NCBI GenBank assembly: GCA_021299855.1
Contig: JAJTEY010000010.1
Coordinates: 1 to 63,516, forward strand
Reading direction: 5' to 3'
DNA from: Bacteroidota bacterium
GTDB taxonomy: Bacteria > Bacteroidota > Bacteroidia > Palsa-965
DNA length: 63,516 nt
Shown: piece by piece, positions 1 to 9,716 of the stretch
Numbering within the stretch: the stretch's first letter is position 1
How the letters are laid out: every line of letters begins with the position of its first letter
Notes under the pieces: model-generated
Told to the model about the DNA's origin: nothing
Seen by the model: the letters and a program-made list of their open reading frames with translations, nothing else
The model's database searches: none
Translations under genes and position numbers: made by a program

Positions 1-1
1 T

Positions 2-265
2 GCCGTTAATGCGTTGTGGCCTGCAACAACAATTGCTACTGCCGCAGTTCGAAACTTATTGGGTGGAGAGGAAATGGTGAACAAGTCCAGAACGCCGGAT
101 ATCGTTGCAGATGCAGCTGCGAAAATATTTTCGGTAACGAATAATAGTATCACGGGACAGCATCTAATAGACGAAGACGTGCTGCGCTCACATGGTGTAA
201 ACGATTTTACCGGCTATGCTGTTGACCCGACTCAGGAGTTGATGAAAGATTTATTCCTGGAATAA
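2..265 (+). CDS. SDR family oxidoreductase, C-terminal fragment (HSDL2-like); 5' end lies outside the window
   Basis: The frame is open from the window edge. The tail AVNALWPATTIATAAV..LGG...DIVADAA..I......TG..LIDE..L...G...F..Y resembles the C-terminal region of HSDL2-type short-chain dehydrogenases. TAA stop at 263-265. Confidence 0.55.
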   Translation, partial: AVNALWPATTIATAAVRNLLGGEEMVNKSRTPDIVADAAAKIFSVTNNSITGQHLIDEDVLRSHGVNDFTGYAVDPTQELMKDLFLE

Positions 266-1897
266 TTATCCCAGATATTTCCCTACAATCGGTAGACGTC
301 TTCCGCTTCCGAAGGCTTTGTAAGAAACACGCAAGATTGGTGGAGCCTGTGCGCGTTTCCATTCGTTGCTGTTCACCATTTTAAGCACGCGCTGTATCAA
401 AGCAGTATCAAATCCTTGCTTGACTAATTCATGCGGTCCTTGACGCTGTTCAATGTATTGATACAATAAAGCGTCGAGAATATCATATTCCGGTAACGAA
501 TCGGAATCTTTTTGGTTGGGACGTAATTCCGCTGACGGTGCCTTCGTTAAAATATTTTCCGGGATAACGATTTCATTTCTATTGATGTAACGACACAATT
601 CGTACACTTCAGTTTTGTACAAATCACCAATAACGGCAATGCCTCCACACATATCTCCATACAACGTTCCATAACCGACTGCTGCTTCACTTTTGTTTGT
701 GGTGTTTAATAAAATGTAACCGTGTTTGTTGGCAATGCCCATTAATATAACGGCTCGTAAACGCGACTGAATATTTTCTTCAGCAATATTAAATGGCGCA
801 TCGCCGAATATAGGTTGCAACGTTTTTAGCATGGTATCGTATCCGTCAGCAATACTGATTTTCTCATAACGACACCCCAAATTTTTACACAATTCAATCG
901 AATCGTTTACGGAATGATCCGATGAATACGACGAGGGAAGCAACACCGGTAAAATATTTTCTTTACCTAAGGCTTTAACTGCCAGTGTTACAACTAAAGC
1001 GGAATCAACACCACCACTCAATCCGAGAATCGCTTTGGTGAAACCCATTTTGTTGAAGTAATCCTTAATGCCCAGTATCAGCGCTTGTTCTATCAACTCA
1101 TATTTGTTCAGGGCAATCAGATTTTCCTGTAGCTCATTGATGTTATCGGTTGCTATTATTGATAAGGCTTCAGAGAAATAGGGAAGTTCATTCACAATTT
1201 TTCCCGCAGCAGAAAGCGCCATTGAGCCGCCATCAAAAATGAGTTCTGTTTGTGCACCTACGTGTTGAACGTAGATCAATGGCAGCTGATAGCGTGCAAC
1301 ATTTTTCTTCATCACTTCACGACGTTTCGCAGGATGTTGATGACTAAAAGGCGACGCAGCAATATTGATCATAAGATCAGGAGATTCTTTAATCAATTCT
1401 TCCATAGGCCAGCGCGTGTACATCAAGTCATCTTCAACGTCCCAAATGTCTTCACAAATGGTAAGTGCAATTTTTGTGTTCTTGTATGTTAGACATTGGA
1501 AAGCAGTAGCCGGCTCAAAGTAGCGGTATTCATCGAATACATCATACGTTGGTAACAGTGCTTTATGGTGAACACTTGTAATTTTTCCATCGCTTAAGAA
1601 ATAAGCGGAGTTAAATAAATTCTTGCCTTCAACTTTAGGGTTTACCGATGGCGCTCCAACTACAGCTGCAATATCGGTGCAGTGTTTCGCAATTTCCTGT
1701 ACACTCTTCTCACAACGTTTCAGGAAATCATCAAATTCTAAAAAATCGCGAGGAGGATAACCGCATACACTTAGCTCTCCAAACACAACCAACTCGGCGC
1801 CTTGTTCGCGGGCTTCATGAATGCTGCTAATTATTTTATTCGTATTGGCTTCGAAGTTGCCGATGTGATAATTCAGTTGAGCCAGCGCAATTTTCAT
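266..1897 (-). CDS. nadE: glutamine-dependent NAD+ synthetase
   Basis: 543-aa ORF with ATG start. N-terminal CN-hydrolase domain (ALTICEDIW catalytic-Cys context) is fused to an NAD synthetase domain with PP-loop LSGGVDS. Confidence 0.93.
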   Translation of the reverse strand: MKIALAQLNYHIGNFEANTNKIISSIHEAREQGAELVVFGELSVCGYPPRDFLEFDDFLKRCEKSVQEIAKHCTDIAAVVGAPSVNPKVEGKNLFNSAYFLSDGKITSVHHKALLPTYDVFDEYRYFEPATAFQCLTYKNTKIALTICEDIWDVEDDLMYTRWPMEELIKESPDLMINIAASPFSHQHPAKRREVMKKNVARYQLPLIYVQHVGAQTELIFDGGSMALSAAGKIVNELPYFSEALSIIATDNINELQENLIALNKYELIEQALILGIKDYFNKMGFTKAILGLSGGVDSALVVTLAVKALGKENILPVLLPSSYSSDHSVNDSIELCKNLGCRYEKISIADGYDTMLKTLQPIFGDAPFNIAEENIQSRLRAVILMGIANKHGYILLNTTNKSEAAVGYGTLYGDMCGGIAVIGDLYKTEVYELCRYINRNEIVIPENILTKAPSAELRPNQKDSDSLPEYDILDALLYQYIEQRQGPHELVKQGFDTALIQRVLKMVNSNEWKRAQAPPILRVSYKAFGSGRRLPIVGKYLG

Positions 1898-1920
1898 GGT
1901 GTAAAGGTATCACACTTCCC

Positions 1921-2653
1921 TTAGAAGTTGTACACTAGGCGTTGCTCCATCCTATAGATGAGATTGGGCACATCAACAGGTTGTCTGGTGTCGTACAGCA
2001 ATGAACCGGCAATACCAAAGGCGAAGTGTTTCGTTATTTCGAATGTGAGGTTAAAATCGGTTGCGATTCGGAAGTCTCGCAGGTCGTTGAATGCAGGCTG
2101 ATAGTAGGTAGTGGAGGACAGTTCGGAATGTTCTTTAATGAACCAGGTAAACGTCAGGTAGGTGCTATTACGATGCGTGTACATTTCTTCAAGTTGAACT
2201 CCGCTAAGTTCATATTCAAAAAAGTAAGACGTTCCGACATACATGCGAAGTTTGTCGTTTCTTATAACACGTATTCTGGGTCCTGTGCCGCTCAATGCCC
2301 GGAAATGCAATTGCATGGGCTTGTTATACTGCGTTTGTGCGTATGCTTCACACGTTACACGTAATCTAGCCGGTGTTCAAGAAGTTCTGTCCGTTAAAGC
2401 GATTGAGACTAACATCGTTCAAGAAGATCCATCGGACAAGATTCTTCTGATATTGAACGTGAATCGTGTTACCCGCAGTAAGAATGTGGTTGCTGTTGTA
2501 TTGATAGAGGAAGTTGAGTTTCGTGTTGCCCGCCCAGCCTGAAGTGTCATTGTAAAATCGTTTCGATTCTATATTCAACACTTGCGCATGTCCTTCAGAC
2601 CATGCAAGGAACAATGTGCTCAAACAAAATAGTTGTATCAATCGGAACGTCAT
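1921..2653 (-). pseudogene. outer-membrane beta-barrel protein (DUF481-like) split by a frameshift near 2317-2380
   Basis: Two adjacent minus-strand ORFs lie in different frames (2366..2653 and 1921..2316). The upstream piece has a signal peptide (MTFRLIQLFCLSTLFLAWSEGHAQ). The downstream piece ends in an aromatic residue (..RLVYNF), as OM barrels do. The downstream frame stays open back to 2378 and overlaps the end of the upstream frame. The combined length of about 244 aa fits one gene. Confidence 0.5.
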
Positions 2654-2711
2654 TCCCAGAAACGAAAGAGGCTGCCACATCGGACAGCCCCTCACACTAA
2701 CAAGTTTACAA

Positions 2712-3497
2712 TTAGAATAAAACACCAACCGTAAAAACAACACCGTTGGAACGTGCATTCTGTTTTGTTGCAGAAAAATCATTTGTACCGGTGCGGAACA
2801 AGTACTCAGATTCTTTTTTCAAAACGTTCGAAAAACCATTCAGGTAGTTAACGCCAAAAATCAAGGCGGTTGAGCCTGTAATTCCCCATTCCACACCGCC
2901 TCCAACATTCAAAGCGAACTTAAACAACTGCATATCAGAAGTGTTTTCAATGTCGGTTTGACTTGCAGCAGCCCAATTAGGAGAGGCAAGCACGTCATCG
3001 TTAACACGATTTTTCATGCGGAATGACGCATTAACACCAAACTGACCGTAGTACGTCAATAATCCAATTTCGTTAGTACGCAACTTTAATGTTAGCGGAA
3101 TGGTAACGTATGTTGTTCTGTATGTACGGTCTTTCAATTGATACAATGTGTAAGATTGACCTGTTGTATCATCTTTGGAAATTATTTCACTATCCTTGTT
3201 GAGGAAGTAATAATTGGTGTCAAGCATGTTCAATTTGCCACCATCATAATCCAGTTGAAGACCGGTTGCTAAAAATGAAACTTTGTTTAAACGAAATTCT
3301 GTGCTTAAGCCATAGCTGAAACGGAACATCGCTCCACCACTTTCAAATTTTTTCTGATCATCCGGCTTGTACCACGTAATCATAGGTGCCGCTTTCAATC
3401 CGAAACGGAAATTTTTCAGATCATTTTCTCCCTGTTGCGCTAAAGCAATTTTTGCGGAGATTATCAATGACAATAAAATGAAGATACTCTTTTTCAT
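2712..3497 (-). CDS. porin-family outer membrane beta-barrel protein (OMP_b-brl_2-like)
   Basis: 261 aa with ATG start and signal peptide MKKSIFILLSLIISAKIALAQQ. Has the FRFGLKAAP motif, alternating beta-strand pattern and a C-terminal F. Confidence 0.7.
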   Translation of the reverse strand: MKKSIFILLSLIISAKIALAQQGENDLKNFRFGLKAAPMITWYKPDDQKKFESGGAMFRFSYGLSTEFRLNKVSFLATGLQLDYDGGKLNMLDTNYYFLNKDSEIISKDDTTGQSYTLYQLKDRTYRTTYVTIPLTLKLRTNEIGLLTYYGQFGVNASFRMKNRVNDDVLASPNWAAASQTDIENTSDMQLFKFALNVGGGVEWGITGSTALIFGVNYLNGFSNVLKKESEYLFRTGTNDFSATKQNARSNGVVFTVGVLF

Positions 3498-3547
3498 ACT
3501 TTTAGTGCTGGGTTTAACGTTGCAATATTACGGTAAATTTGTTCAAT

Positions 3548-4561
3548 ATGATGAGACGATTTTTGGGATTATTAGTGCTGATAATTTTTGCTTCGTGTGA
3601 AACCGACCGGTTAGACGTAGACGTTTCGAAAATTGAAGTGAAACCTATGAAATTTGAGCGGTTTGATAATGATTTCTTTGCATTGGATACCGCTCATCTT
3701 GAGAAAGGTCTTGAGCAATTACGAGCTAAATACGGAACATTTACGGATATATTTTTGAATAATGTTATTTGTCCTTCAACGCGCGATTCTTTGGCTTGTA
3801 TGGAATTGCTGCGTTCTTACCTTCACGTGGAAGTTACACGCCCGGTATGGAAGGTGGCAAATCAGCTGTACTCCGTAGGCTTTGAAAAACAAGAGCAGCA
3901 ATGGAACGATGCTTTACGATACTATAAATATCACTTTCCGAAACGCGCGCTGCCCAAACGTGTATTTGTCGTAATCACCGGATTTTTTTACAATTATATT
4001 CAGGCTGAAAGCGAGTACGGAATCAGTTTGGATTATCATTTGGGCGAGAAAAATACATACTACGATGGCCTGCAATGGCCAATGTACAAAAGAAAGAAAA
4101 TGGTGGCTGAACAAATAGTTCCGGGCTTGGTTAAAAGCTGGATGAACAACGAATTCCCGTACAATCCTCCGCAAAATGATGTTATCAACGGAATGATCTA
4201 TGAAGGTAAAATTTTGTACTTGCAACGGGCATTATTGCGTAATGTCCACGATACCATTATTCACGGATTTACATTAGAACAACTCAACTGGTGTTTGGAT
4301 CATGAAGCCAAAATGTGGGTGCATTTAATTGAAGAAAAGAAGCTGTATTCCACCGGCGAAGAAGACATCAAACACATGACCATGGATGCTCCTTTTACGG
4401 CAGGTTTCCCTCGTGAATCGCCCGGAAGAGCAGGTGCGTGGCTCGGATATCGTATTGTGGAGGCTTTCATGAATAAGCATCCCGACGTAACCTTGGAACA
4501 ATTGATGCAACTCAACGCCGGGCATCAAATATTAATCCGTTCCAAGTACAAACCGAAGTAG
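3548..4561 (+). CDS. gldB: gliding motility lipoprotein GldB
   Basis: About 337 aa with lipoprotein signal MMRRFLGLLVLIIFASC. Size and the position immediately upstream of a GldC-like gene and next to nadE match the gldB-gldC arrangement known in flavobacteria. The track start at 3539 is TTG; the first ATG is at 3548. Confidence 0.75.
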   Translation: MMRRFLGLLVLIIFASCETDRLDVDVSKIEVKPMKFERFDNDFFALDTAHLEKGLEQLRAKYGTFTDIFLNNVICPSTRDSLACMELLRSYLHVEVTRPVWKVANQLYSVGFEKQEQQWNDALRYYKYHFPKRALPKRVFVVITGFFYNYIQAESEYGISLDYHLGEKNTYYDGLQWPMYKRKKMVAEQIVPGLVKSWMNNEFPYNPPQNDVINGMIYEGKILYLQRALLRNVHDTIIHGFTLEQLNWCLDHEAKMWVHLIEEKKLYSTGEEDIKHMTMDAPFTAGFPRESPGRAGAWLGYRIVEAFMNKHPDVTLEQLMQLNAGHQILIRSKYKPK

Positions 4562-4604
4562 CGGAAATGTACTTTTGTACCTTCATTATTTCGCAATAAC
4601 AGTT

Positions 4605-4934
4605 ATGAGAAAAGCACAAATTGAATTCAATATTGCATTGGATGAAAATAATCTCCCTTCACAAATTCAGTGGAATGCCAGTGATGCCGGAGAAAAAGGA
4701 TTGAGCAAAGCCATCATGTTGGCAATGTGGGATGAAAAGGAACAAAATACGATGCGTATCGATTTGTGGACCAAAGACATGCTCGTGGATGACATGAAGA
4801 AATTCATGCATCAAACCCTAGTGACCATGGCCGATACCATGCAGCGTGCAACGGGTGAAGAGCAAATGTGCCAGGATATGCGGGATTTTGCGACGTATTT
4901 CGCAGTTCAAATGAAACTTGTTGATCCCGAATAG
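4605..4934 (+). CDS. gldC: gliding motility protein GldC
   Basis: About 109 aa starting at ATG 4605 (the track start 4575 is TTG). Small soluble protein directly downstream of gldB, with GldC-like sequence MRKAQIEFNIALDENNLP..IQWNASD. Confidence 0.7.
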   Translation: MRKAQIEFNIALDENNLPSQIQWNASDAGEKGLSKAIMLAMWDEKEQNTMRIDLWTKDMLVDDMKKFMHQTLVTMADTMQRATGEEQMCQDMRDFATYFAVQMKLVDPE

Positions 4935-5034
4935 TGCTGAAAGTCATAGGTTTAGCAACGAACTTTTTTCTTGCCAATATTTGCCCGTAATTCTATTTGC
5001 ACTATCTTGCTAACTGGTTTTTAGCTAACCCTGC

Positions 5035-6846
5035 ATGGCTATGAAAAAAATTACAAGTGTTGCGTCTGTAATTGCAAGTATGTTCCTTGCTCATACTGTC
5101 GGCGCACAGATTTTCACATCGAATGGTGCAGTCGTATTCGTTGCCAATGGTGCTGTTGTGCACAGTAACGGAGGAGTGACAGTAGATAATACTTCTGCCT
5201 TCACTAATAACGGTACTGTCACCATCACCAATAATTCTACGCTTCCTCTTCCTGGAACTATCACGATTAACAATGCGTCATCAGTGCAGGGTGACGGAAC
5301 TTATCGCGTTGAACAAGATTGGATTAATAATGCAACTTTCAATGGTGGTAACTCTACGGTTGAGTTGTTCGGTAATACGCAGCAGTTGATTACTTCAATC
5401 AATGCTACTGTTACTACATTCAACAATCTTACACTGACAGGCACCGGAACAGGCAACAACAGAAAGAAGACGTTACAAGGCGTTAACGCAGGGACTGGTT
5501 TAACAGGAGTGTTGAACATCGGAGACCGTGAATTGGAAACGCAACAGCAAACATTCTTTGTGTTAAATCCCGCTATAACAGCGGTACTTAACGTTACTAC
5601 GCCGGGTGCTGAAGGTTTTGTTTCAAGTTTAGCGCCGGGAACATTCTCTCGTTTAACCAATGCTGCGTCGGCGTATGTATATCCAACAGGTTCGAGTGTT
5701 GTGTTAACACGTTATCGTCCTGTTGTAATTACTCCAACTGCTGCTGCTGCCAATGAATACACGGTTCGTTTTGTAAACAACGATCCTGATGTGGACGGTT
5801 TCAATCGTAGTATCAACGATGGTTTGTTATGTTTAGCGAACGATACATTCTATCACGCTATCCTTCGTCCAAACGGTGCTACTTCTGCTGATATCATGTT
5901 GCATTATATTGCTGCAACAGACGGTGTTTGGAGCGGTATGTCGCATTGGCGTACAACCAACAACCAATGGAACGATATGGCCACTGTAGTGCCAAGTACG
6001 TCGGGTGTTTTTACAACGCTAAACAGACAAGGTTGGTTGTTCGCTAACCCGGGTGAACCTTATGTGTTAACCGATGTTCGTCCTGCTGCGCCAACCGTAA
6101 CCTGTCCAACTATCTGCGAAAATTCTTCCGGTAATTTATATAGTGTAACAGGTGGAACCGGCAGCGGATATCTTTGGAACGTTGCGCCAAACGGTACAAT
6201 TGCTTCCGGACAAGGTGGTGATTCATTATTCGTGGATTGGACAACAGGATCAGGTTACGTAACAGTGGTTGCTGTATCACCGACAGGTTGTAATTCTTTA
6301 CCTGACAGTTGTTTCACTCAACCGGTGGCTGCTCCGCTTGGTGCATTTGCTGATAGCTCGTTCGGTATGTTCAGTAACGATTTCATTTTCTTCGATCAGT
6401 CTGTTGGCGGTAACTCATGGTCATGGGATTTTGGTGATGGTAACTCATCTACATCGCAAAACCCTACGCACGAGTACGGTGCATCTGGAACATACACTGT
6501 TGTGTTAACTGTAACTAATGCTGCAGGCTGTGCGGATACAGTAATGCAGGTGGTTACTGTAACAGAAGGTATTTTAATTCCTAACGTGTTTACGCCAAAT
6601 GGTGACGGCGTTAACGATGAATTCTTTATTCCTAACAGCGGATTGAAAGAATACTCATTGGAAATTTATGATCGTTGGGGCGTTTTAATTTTCAACTCTA
6701 CTGCTCCTGAAGTTCGTTGGGATGGAAGAACTAATTCCGGCCAACCCTGCACAGATGGAACGTATTATTACATCTTGAAAGCTGTATCTAATACCGCCGA
6801 TTATAGCACAACAGGCTTCTTAACCTTGTTTGGTTCACAGCGATAA
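5035..6846 (+). CDS. T9SS type B sorting domain-containing secreted protein with PKD domain
   Basis: 603 aa with signal peptide (..MFLAHTVGAQ) and a PKD repeat (WDFGDGNSSTSQNPTHEYGASGTYTVVLTV). The C-terminal IPNVFTPNGDGVNDEFFI...YDRWG...W.G motif is typical of the gliding-associated C-terminal (type B) sorting domain. An alternative ATG lies at 5041. Confidence 0.85.
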   Translation: MAMKKITSVASVIASMFLAHTVGAQIFTSNGAVVFVANGAVVHSNGGVTVDNTSAFTNNGTVTITNNSTLPLPGTITINNASSVQGDGTYRVEQDWINNATFNGGNSTVELFGNTQQLITSINATVTTFNNLTLTGTGTGNNRKKTLQGVNAGTGLTGVLNIGDRELETQQQTFFVLNPAITAVLNVTTPGAEGFVSSLAPGTFSRLTNAASAYVYPTGSSVVLTRYRPVVITPTAAAANEYTVRFVNNDPDVDGFNRSINDGLLCLANDTFYHAILRPNGATSADIMLHYIAATDGVWSGMSHWRTTNNQWNDMATVVPSTSGVFTTLNRQGWLFANPGEPYVLTDVRPAAPTVTCPTICENSSGNLYSVTGGTGSGYLWNVAPNGTIASGQGGDSLFVDWTTGSGYVTVVAVSPTGCNSLPDSCFTQPVAAPLGAFADSSFGMFSNDFIFFDQSVGGNSWSWDFGDGNSSTSQNPTHEYGASGTYTVVLTVTNAAGCADTVMQVVTVTEGILIPNVFTPNGDGVNDEFFIPNSGLKEYSLEIYDRWGVLIFNSTAPEVRWDGRTNSGQPCTDGTYYYILKAVSNTADYSTTGFLTLFGSQR

Positions 6847-6863
6847 ACAATAGAATATTTGAT

Positions 6864-6896
6864 AAAAAAGACCCGTCGAAAACGGGTCTTTTTTTA
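6864..6896. terminator. bidirectional intrinsic terminator between convergent genes
   Basis: AAAAAAGACCCGT-cgaaa-ACGGGTCTTTTTTT: an 8-bp GC-rich stem flanked by an A-run and a T-run. Confidence 0.8.
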
Positions 6897-7490
6897 TTTC
6901 AGTTGATTGTGCTCTTCAATAAACTCCATCAATTCTTCACGACCCATCTTCGATTCCGATGAGGTGAAAAAACAATTGGGCAATTCTTCCCAATAATTAA
7001 GCAGTTCCTTTTTGTACACGGCAAACATTTTCTGAATCTGATTTTTCGATTGCTTGTCGCACTTCGTAAACACAATGCAGAACGGAATATTATTTTCACC
7101 CAGATTATTCATGAAGGAAATATCAATCGGCTGCGGAGGGATTCTGCTGTCTACGAGCACGAACACACAACGTAGATTAGCCCGTTTCATAATGTAATAA
7201 GTAATGAGCTTATCAAATTTCTCACGCAATTCCTTGGAAACCTTTGCATAACCGTAACCGGGTAAGTCAACGAGATACCAAGTTTCATTAATCAGAAAAT
7301 GATTAATCAGTTGTGTTTTTCCGGGGCGACCTGATGTTTTTGCGAGCTTACTATGGTTAGTCAGCATGTTGATCAGCGAACTCTTTCCAACATTAGATCT
7401 TCCGATAAACGCGTATTCCGGCAAAGTTGTAACAGGACATTCGTCCGCACGTGCACTGCTCTTAATGAATTTAGCTGACTTGATTTGCAT
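6894..7490 (-). CDS. engB: ribosome biogenesis GTP-binding protein YihA/YsxC (EngB)
   Basis: P-loop GRSNVGKSSLIN, DLPGYGY and TKCDK motifs. ATG at 7490 gives the usual MQIKSAKF start; the track start 7502 is GTG. Confidence 0.9.
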   Translation of the reverse strand: MQIKSAKFIKSSARADECPVTTLPEYAFIGRSNVGKSSLINMLTNHSKLAKTSGRPGKTQLINHFLINETWYLVDLPGYGYAKVSKELREKFDKLITYYIMKRANLRCVFVLVDSRIPPQPIDISFMNNLGENNIPFCIVFTKCDKQSKNQIQKMFAVYKKELLNYWEELPNCFFTSSESKMGREELMEFIEEHNQLK

Positions 7491-7494
7491 TACT

Positions 7495-8451
7495 TTACTC
7501 ACGTGCTTTAAGTTCTTCTATGTATGACGTAACGTGGCGTTCCTTTTTCGAATCGTAGATATCTGCAATCGTAACCATAATGCCGGTTTCATCAACGTCA
7601 CCAAACTCACCGTTTACTGCAGTGCCAAAGTTTTTCATGGTTGCACTTAAGTTCATATAAGAGTTCACCAATGGCGGAATAAATTCGTCTCTTTCACGAA
7701 CATAGGCGTTGAGTAAGCGATGTCCTTCCTTGTAAGGCAATCCTTTCAACGCGGTAACGAACGCGGTAGTATCTGTTTGCGGAATTACTCTGAAAATTGG
7801 AGTGACAAGTTGATCGTGATCCGGAAAGTAATAATCCATAAATGCCATAATGTGATCACGCGCCGCAACATCGTAATGCCTGTACATGGTAACTTTTCCG
7901 AAGAAGTAGCGAATATCCTTGTGATCGACCACCAACGCACCTAATCCGTCCCACAAAGTAACCAGAGAAAATAAGCCTTTTCTATTGGACGATGAGGGCT
8001 GATATTGAGGTTGAATGAAGGATCTTCCCAGCTCAATAGTGTACGGTAGATAATTCGTTTTAAATGTTTCAGAGAATGTGAAAAGTTCAGTAGTGGCGAG
8101 GTGATGATGACCATGTTCGTCCAATGCCTTATCACACCGGATGAAACGATAACCACCAACAATCTCCATGTCAATGGGATTCCATACGATTAATTGCTCG
8201 TAGCAACGAGGACCTAAATCAAATTCATCCAGATCACAGTCTTTTCCTGTTCCGCCACCTGCAGCGCGAAACGTTACTTCGCGAAGTCTTCCTATTTCCT
8301 TTAAAGTATTTGGCGCATTATTGTCGTTAATGATGTAAATCTCGTTGTTACCATTATTGGTATTACGAACAAACGTCGAACTATTGAGTTCGCTTTTAAG
8401 CGTGGCTTTATCAATCAGATCAATTATCGGCTTCATCATATCAATACTCAT
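7495..8451 (-). CDS. GNAT-fold N-acyltransferase, OlsB/GlsB-like (aminolipid synthesis, hemolysin-like family)
   Basis: 318 aa with ATG start. Has a 4-bp start/stop overlap with the upstream lysolipid acyltransferase gene. Sequence type (..LREVTFRAAGGGTGK..D.D.FD) and the pairing match the N-acyl amino-acid lipid loci of Bacteroidota. Confidence 0.6.
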   Translation of the reverse strand: MSIDMMKPIIDLIDKATLKSELNSSTFVRNTNNGNNEIYIINDNNAPNTLKEIGRLREVTFRAAGGGTGKDCDLDEFDLGPRCYEQLIVWNPIDMEIVGGYRFIRCDKALDEHGHHHLATTELFTFSETFKTNYLPYTIELGRSFIQPQYQPSSSNRKGLFSLVTLWDGLGALVVDHKDIRYFFGKVTMYRHYDVAARDHIMAFMDYYFPDHDQLVTPIFRVIPQTDTTAFVTALKGLPYKEGHRLLNAYVRERDEFIPPLVNSYMNLSATMKNFGTAVNGEFGDVDETGIMVTIADIYDSKKERHVTSYIEELKARE

Positions 8452-9287
8452 TGTTTTGTAAACGGTCCCGGACGCTGATCACGAATGGCATACACCTGAT
8501 CACGAAACAATCTGGCCCACTCTCTTGGTGATTTCGATTTATCAAGGTGCGTAGACATAACGGGTCGGTCAAATATAATCCGAATGGTTTTATTCTTCTG
8601 CTTGTACATCTCATCAACGAGATAAAACATTTCGATATTAGCTTTTATACCTAAACGTTTTCGCCACAGTGCGAGATTGTAAAAGAAAGGAGAGTTAGCA
8701 CCTTCTATGAAAGCAGGAACAATTGGCTGATGATATTGCACCGCTTTGTTAACGAAACTTTTTTTCCATTCTAAATCGCTGACCTCTCCGTTTTGCTTGC
8801 GCGACACAAGGCCCGCTGGAAAAATCAGAATAGCATGCTCGGATCTATATGCAGCTTCAATCTTTTCCCCCTCACGTTGCGTTCCATGTTTATTAACAGG
8901 TACGAAAAATTCTTGTAACGGTTCCAGGTGCAATAAAATGTCGTTGACTAGAAATTGAATATCGCGACGTTGATTATAGACACCTTCAATTAATGCCAGT
9001 CCGTCAAGCCCTCCCAATGGATGATTGCCGATAATGTAACAACCGCCTTGCGCGGGAATGTGGTCTACTCCTTGCGATTCGATGCGTACATCAAACTCAC
9101 GAAAGACTGCATGTATAAATGCTATTCCTTTTTTGTTCCCGTGAAGTGCCATGAATTTGTTGACATCAGCTTCATGTAGGATGCGTTTAATATAACGCAA
9201 CACAGGTCCCGGCAACCACTTCAATAAACGCGGATTTTTGGACGCAATGATTTTCTCGATGTCTATAAATCGCTCTTGCTGATCCAT
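8448..9287 (-). CDS. lysophospholipid / 1-acyl-sn-glycerol-3-phosphate acyltransferase family protein, OlsA/GlsA-like
   Basis: 279 aa with an acyltransferase H(X)4D-type box GNHPLGGLDG and FPAG motif. Translationally coupled to the N-acyltransferase gene. Confidence 0.65.
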   Translation of the reverse strand: MDQQERFIDIEKIIASKNPRLLKWLPGPVLRYIKRILHEADVNKFMALHGNKKGIAFIHAVFREFDVRIESQGVDHIPAQGGCYIIGNHPLGGLDGLALIEGVYNQRRDIQFLVNDILLHLEPLQEFFVPVNKHGTQREGEKIEAAYRSEHAILIFPAGLVSRKQNGEVSDLEWKKSFVNKAVQYHQPIVPAFIEGANSPFFYNLALWRKRLGIKANIEMFYLVDEMYKQKNKTIRIIFDRPVMSTHLDKSKSPREWARLFRDQVYAIRDQRPGPFTKQ

Positions 9288-9653
9288 GCGTTAAAGATAT
9301 CAATATCTCATGAGAGCAAAAATTATCTAAAACATTGTAAGATCAATTAATTCTAACGTATTAAAGAAATTTCGGTGATAAAACGATTTTTTACCAATTT
9401 CCGGTCGTGATGCACGTTAAGTGCTCTTATATGTCTTATAAATAAAGGATTTTACCTGATTAGTAGGTCCAAATAATTGGTCGGCGATCAAGTTTGGGCT
9501 TTTTTGATCTGGAGAAGGAAGTTGTTCATTTCTCCCACCGTAATTTTCGGGGATTGATTTCGAAAAAAACCAATAAAATCAATGCATTGAGCGATATCTA
9601 TAATTCAAAATGAGTCACTTTTGACGGCGATTTTATATAAGTTATTAACAAAA

Positions 9654-9678
9654 GTGGGGTAGAGTGGGATTTAGTGGG
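9654..9678 (+). promoter_or_regulatory. three phased MraZ boxes (GTGGG direct repeats, 10-bp period) upstream of mraZ
   Basis: GTGGG at 9654-9658, 9664-9668 and 9674-9678, each separated by a 5-nt spacer, 39 nt upstream of the mraZ ATG. This is the architecture of the MraZ operator described for Pmra in E. coli and for AAAGTG-type boxes in Mollicutes. Confidence 0.7.
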
Positions 9679-9716
9679 ATTTTATTCTTTATTTTTACCA
9701 CGTTCAGTTCCAAATC

